A stretch of 34,816 nucleotides of DNA. It comes from a virus. The stretch lies in the IMG/VR virus record IMGVR_UViG_3300025880_000042; one strand, given 5' to 3'. The notes below the pieces were generated by a model. That model saw only the letters and a program-made list of their open reading frames with translations, made no database searches and was not told the origin of the DNA. This document shows, one piece after another, positions 31,971 through 34,816 of this stretch (positions are counted from its first letter, which is position 1; each line of letters begins with the position of its first letter). The position numbers and the translations under genes are program-made.

Positions 31971-32687
31971 TTAACTAATTGCTTTTAGTGATTTTAAATA
32001 AAGCTTCTTCATATAATTGAATTGATCAACTTCATTTGAGTAACCCTGAATAAAGTTTCTTTTAGTCATGTGATGTATTGCATCAGGATTTATTCCATCA
32101 AAGTCATAATAAAGTTTCTTTAAAGCTCTTACTACTTTGTTTCCAAAAGGATTAGCACCCGTCTCCAAATCACTCATTATCTTAACACACTCATAAACCT
32201 CGCTCGCAATCTTCTTGTTTATAAAGTATTTTCCATGCTTTAGTCTGTATAAGATATTATAACCTGAAGTGTCTATAAGAAGCTCTAATGTTTTAATCAT
32301 AGACATCTTTCTGTTTGTTTCTTCATACCAAACTTTAGCTATCTCTAAAGCATCTGCACAATCCTTATTACCTTTTTTTGCCCAACTATTACAGTAGTCT
32401 AAAGCGGTCCATTTCTTGCTCTCTTGCAATTTAGATATATGATCTTCAGATGCTCCTCTTGACACTATATAAGGTACAGGTAATTTATTGCTCTTCAATG
32501 CTAAGAATCTGTGCTGACCCTCTATAATGTCATAATTACTGTTAACAACAATAGGAACTTGAACACCTATATCTAAGATAGATTCCTCGATCTTTTTAAG
32601 GTTAGCCTTGTTAATCTCTCTGTTGCTTTCTACGAAGTTAAAGATTGAATAATCTCTTGTCTCTCCTAAATACCAATTTGTAGTCAT
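31971..32687 (-). CDS. ParB/Srx-fold (ParB N-terminal nuclease-like) domain protein
   Basis: 238-aa ORF. VPIVVNSNYDIIEGQHRFLAL is the ParB-N motif. EGQHR also resembles the DGQHR motif of DndB-type proteins. Confidence 0.6.
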   Translation of the reverse strand: MTTNWYLGETRDYSIFNFVESNREINKANLKKIEESILDIGVQVPIVVNSNYDIIEGQHRFLALKSNKLPVPYIVSRGASEDHISKLQESKKWTALDYCNSWAKKGNKDCADALEIAKVWYEETNRKMSMIKTLELLIDTSGYNILYRLKHGKYFINKKIASEVYECVKIMSDLETGANPFGNKVVRALKKLYYDFDGINPDAIHHMTKRNFIQGYSNEVDQFNYMKKLYLKSLKAIS

Positions 32688-32717
32688 TTTGTTTTTGTTT
32701 TAATGATTAATATGAAG

Positions 32718-32749
32718 CGAATATATATAATAATATAATTCAAGTCAAG
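32718..32749 (-). promoter_or_regulatory. Candidate promoter for the ParB-like operon
   Basis: Minus strand reads CTTG-N20-TATATTCG (one mismatch in each Bacteroidota element). It can also be read as TTGACT-N17-TATATT. It lies just downstream of terminator 32778..32809. Confidence 0.35.
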
Positions 32750-32777
32750 GCTTTAACAAAACTTTAACATAGTTAAC

Positions 32778-32809
32778 AAAAAAAGAGGTTAGCTTTCACT
32801 AACCCCTCT
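32778..32809 (-). terminator. Rho-independent terminator
   Basis: Minus strand reads AGAGGGGUUAG-UGAAAG-CUAACCUCU (9-bp stem with one G-U pair, extendable by two more pairs only by drawing on the following U-tract) followed by U7. Confidence 0.7.
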
Positions 32810-32870
32810 TCTTACATTAAAACAAATTAATAGCAAAGATACAAAGACAAAATTGTATTCTTTTAAGGAC

Positions 32871-33257
32871 CTACCAAAGATAGAATGCCCTTTCTTTTAA
32901 ATCATCAGTATCGAAATACACAGTCTCTCTGTTTACTGCTATTCTCTCAACACCAAATTCAACTAACGCTTTTATTATTACCATTCTCTTTTTATGACCT
33001 ACACATCTTAGTCTTACAGCTTTACCAACTCTATGACTATCTGTAGACACTAAACCCATCTTGTCAGCTACAGGCTTAGATACATAACCAAGCTCTACAT
33101 TCATCTTAGCTTGAGTCTTTCTTACTATAGCATCTAATATAAGGACAGGTTCTCTTTCCATGAACCTAAAACCACTTCCCTTTGAATCAGGACTGTCAAA
33201 CATATCCCATGTTAGGTATGTTAATCCTTCGCAGTTCTGTAGCTCTTCTTTAGTCAT
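32871..33257 (-). CDS. Degenerate Peptidase_M15-like protein (paralog of the endolysin that lacks two of the three zinc ligands)
   Basis: 128-aa ORF that aligns by eye with ORF 34235..34603 (FDSPDxxGSG; SGYRT/LGYVS; SSHLKGLAADI/DSHRVGKAVRL; FIHVD/VYFD). The Asp ligand is replaced by Arg and the second His by Tyr. Confidence 0.6.
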   Translation of the reverse strand: MTKEELQNCEGLTYLTWDMFDSPDSKGSGFRFMEREPVLILDAIVRKTQAKMNVELGYVSKPVADKMGLVSTDSHRVGKAVRLRCVGHKKRMVIIKALVEFGVERIAVNRETVYFDTDDLKERAFYLW

Positions 33258-33505
33258 TAGGCTTCTTTGTTTTTATACTCTTTATCTTGATAGTATAATA
33301 ACTGAGAGCCTGCAAAACTATCTAAGTCCTTTATAGCTCTATAGATTACCCTACTCTTTTTTTTTACTTCTTCCACATCAGATTTAGTAGAATCAGAACC
33401 TAAGTTGGTGTACATATTGGTATCAGCCTCCAAAAGCTCATCAATTCTCTCCTTGATGCTTTTATTGAAGTCTTCTGCGATTCTTTTTACTTCTTCCTTA
33501 TCCAT
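33257..33505 (-). CDS. Hypothetical protein
   Basis: The track ORF starts at TTG 33532. The first ATG (33505, MDKEEVKR...) is more plausible. A TATATTTG box lies at 33510-33517. Confidence 0.5.
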   Translation of the reverse strand: MDKEEVKRIAEDFNKSIKERIDELLEADTNMYTNLGSDSTKSDVEEVKKKSRVIYRAIKDLDSFAGSQLLYYQDKEYKNKEA

Positions 33506-33757
33506 ATAACAAATATATAATAAAGAGTACAATATAAATGTTAATAACTCGTTTAGTTATCAACTTGATTATGTCAGAAAAAACAACTAACTTTACAAAA
33601 TAAAATGAAAGGCTTATTATTAATCTTTAGAGCCGTAGTCTCAAACGAAGGCGAATAAAGAAGTAGAAGTAAATATTATTTTATATAAATACAATAGGAT
33701 AAGTATGTTCTATAAAAAAAGCTTCTGTTACAATAGAGTTGTTTAGAGAAGGTATTA

Positions 33758-34210
33758 TTACCTGTTCTCTTTTTTAGCAGATCCAAAGTAGAATCCAAAT
33801 ATACTTAAAGCAACACCCTCTACAATACCTAATAGGTGTATAAATATCTCTTTATTAGATGCAGGAACTTCTGTAGTAACAACTGTATATACTAAAAATG
33901 CAAAAGCTAAAAGACCTACGATACCTGTTACATTAAACATCCAATCAGTACCATACTTTCTAAGAGCTACCTCTCTTCTCCTCGCAGAATCTCTATCTCT
34001 AACCTCTAACTCATACATGTCAACTAAGTGAGCATGAGCCTGCTCCTTTTCATCATCAGTTAAATCAGGGTCTGTATCTATAAGTTTCTTAACAACACCT
34101 AATAAACCTCTATCAGGTAATAAGTCACCTATAGCTTCTCCTACAGAAGAACTACTACCTAAAAGGAATTTACCGAGCTTAGTATCTCTAAATGGTTTCT
34201 TATCTATCAT
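33758..34210 (-). CDS. Holin-like membrane protein
   Basis: 150-aa ORF immediately after the endolysin. It has two clear C-terminal TM helices (WMFNVTGIVGLLAFAFLVYTVV and IFIHLLGIVEGVALSIFGFYFG) and a charged middle (DRDSARRRE), and resembles GTA/3TM-type holins. Confidence 0.5.
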   Translation of the reverse strand: MIDKKPFRDTKLGKFLLGSSSSVGEAIGDLLPDRGLLGVVKKLIDTDPDLTDDEKEQAHAHLVDMYELEVRDRDSARRREVALRKYGTDWMFNVTGIVGLLAFAFLVYTVVTTEVPASNKEIFIHLLGIVEGVALSIFGFYFGSAKKENR

Positions 34211-34211
34211 A

Positions 34212-34239
34212 TACTATGTTTAAGAGTACTATGTTTAAT
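34212..34239. repeat. Two copies of the 13-mer TACTATGTTTAAG filling the endolysin-holin junction
   Basis: 34212-34224 is an exact copy. 34227-34239 is TACTATGTTTAAT (1 mismatch) and contains the endolysin TAA stop (34235-34237). The first copy ends 1 nt from the holin-like ATG. Confidence 0.95.
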
Positions 34240-34603
34240 AGGTCCAAATTACATTGGCTACTTTATCGGGATCTCGATCTACATGTATAAATGTATCAGC
34301 AATACCTATCCTATTTAAACCAACCTTTAATAATGCACTTATTATTATATGCCTTGCAGAGCTATTTGTGCAAGCAATATCTGCTGCTAAACCTTTTAAG
34401 TGAGAAGATTTAGTTGATGCTTTATAACCTCTTTTCAATAACCCTTCGTTATACTCTTTAGTTCTATAACCTGATGTTATTCTAAATGGTATGTCGCACA
34501 ATGAACGAGCCTGATCAAGCCTACTTAAAAACTCTTTATCCATAGCTTCGCCACTTCCCACCATATCAGGACTATCAAACTCAGAAAGTTTAAAATACTT
34601 CAT
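34235..34603 (-). CDS. Peptidase M15 family endolysin (zinc D-Ala-D-Ala / L-Ala-D-Glu peptidase type)
   Basis: 122-aa ORF with SGYRT, SSHLKGLAAD (H-x6-D) and FIHVD, the intact His/Asp/His zinc-ligand pattern of the Peptidase_M15_3/VanY-like fold. Confidence 0.8.
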   Translation of the reverse strand: MKYFKLSEFDSPDMVGSGEAMDKEFLSRLDQARSLCDIPFRITSGYRTKEYNEGLLKRGYKASTKSSHLKGLAADIACTNSSARHIIISALLKVGLNRIGIADTFIHVDRDPDKVANVIWTY

Positions 34604-34758
34604 ATAATCTTACCTAATAAAATACTTGTTAAAACCATTACTAACATGACAAATAAAGCAAACTGAAACTTATCCCAAGTACTACCATTTTTCTTTTGGT
34701 GTAGCCATATCTTAAATTCTATAAACTTAAATACTATTTTATCAATTAGCTTTCTCAT
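34600..34758 (-). CDS. Small ORF (52 aa) with a C-terminal TM helix, crossing into the terminal repeat
   Basis: Hand translation: MRKLIDKIVFKFIEFKIWLHQKKNGSTWDKFQFALFVMLVMVLTSILLGKII. It has an ATGA overlap with the endolysin start. Its ATG (34758, equivalent to position 33) overlaps the 3' end of ORF 17..310. Confidence 0.45.
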   Translation of the reverse strand: MRKLIDKIVFKFIEFKIWLHQKKNGSTWDKFQFALFVMLVMVLTSILLGKII

Positions 34759-34816
34759 TTATTTTCTCGTTTAGTCGTTTAATATCTTTTCTTACTCTTT
34801 CCCTTTCAAGTTTTAT
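34726..34816. repeat. Terminal direct repeat, right copy (identical to 1..91)
   Basis: Exact 91-bp match to the window start. Confidence 0.95.

Noticed and set aside
147-31988. All 15 plus-strand ORFs in the track: 147..338, 3180..3581, 4639..4911, 10144..10359, 11620..11898, 12784..13095, 16611..16877, 20193..20429, 21007..21348, 21886..22083, 26175..26372, 27847..28059, 28512..28712, 31124..31339 and 31752..31988.
   Set aside because: Each lies antisense to (or straddles) a well-supported minus-strand gene. Their products are low-complexity, Phe/Leu/Ser-rich shadow translations of Lys/Glu- or Ala/Thr/Gly-rich genes. None has promoter or terminator context. Accepting them would break the otherwise uniform one-strand, tightly packed organisation.
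33357-33365. Second 9-nt homopolymer run (A9 on the sense strand, codons VKKKS) as another slippage site.
   Set aside because: Both alternative frames hit stop codons within a few codons of the run, so no alternative product is available, unlike at 18393-18401.
33506-33532. TTG-initiated N-terminal extension (MYSLLYICY) of ORF 33257..33532.
   Set aside because: The extension is encoded by promoter-like AT-rich sequence that includes a TATATTTG box. The first ATG, at 33505, gives a sensible start (MDKEEVKR).
1-34816. Temperate or plasmid-prophage lifestyle suggested by the ParB-like gene.
   Set aside because: I recognised no integrase, recombinase, repressor/Cro pair, ParA or telomerase. A ParB-fold domain alone is common in lytic phages, so no lifestyle claim is made.

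Overview
This window appears to be a complete tailed-phage genome. Bases 1-91 recur exactly at 34726-34816, so the unit length is 34,725 bp, either circularly closed or terminally redundant. The sequence is visibly AT-rich. Every credible gene (about 65, including 9 short ORFs below the track's size cut-off that I translated by hand) lies on the minus strand. Genes are tightly packed, with ATGA and TAATG overlaps. The start codons I inspected have no Shine-Dalgarno sequence, and several intergenic gaps carry TAnnTTTG boxes, which suggests a Bacteroidota (Flavobacteriia-like) host.

Gene order along the minus strand:
- Lysis cassette spanning the window junction: small TM proteins, an M15 endolysin and a holin-like protein.
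- A catalytically degenerate M15 paralog and a ParB/Srx-fold protein.
- Recombination and replication module: Erf, a short SSB-like protein, a RecA-fold ATPase, a PD-(D/E)xK nuclease and an exonuclease.
- An ECF-like sigma factor, an SLT transglycosylase and a DnaA-domain-IV HTH protein.
- Small and large terminase subunits.
- A 425-bp ORF-free gap.
- A 2-kb island of seven small ORFs.
- A 779-bp ORF-free region.
- Morphogenesis genes in a non-canonical order: tail assembly chaperone-like, tail/baseplate genes, tape measure, XkdF-like protease, scaffold, major capsid, putative tail tube, portal-MuF fusion, fibres, and a triple-LamG receptor-binding protein.

I recognised no integrase, DNA polymerase, primase, tRNA or CRISPR array.

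Most interesting observations:
1. A 13-mer (TACTATGTTTAAG) is present in 8 same-orientation copies in tandem arrays at three gene junctions.
2. The 779-bp ORF-free region carries 32-bp iterons and DnaA-box-like sites, in a phage that also encodes a DnaA-type HTH protein.
3. A T9 slippery run opens an 88-codon start-less -1 frame in the chaperone-like gene.
4. An inactivated endolysin paralog is present.
5. A sigma factor is followed by a Cys-rich candidate partner.

All functional calls come from motif recognition by eye. No database search was run.
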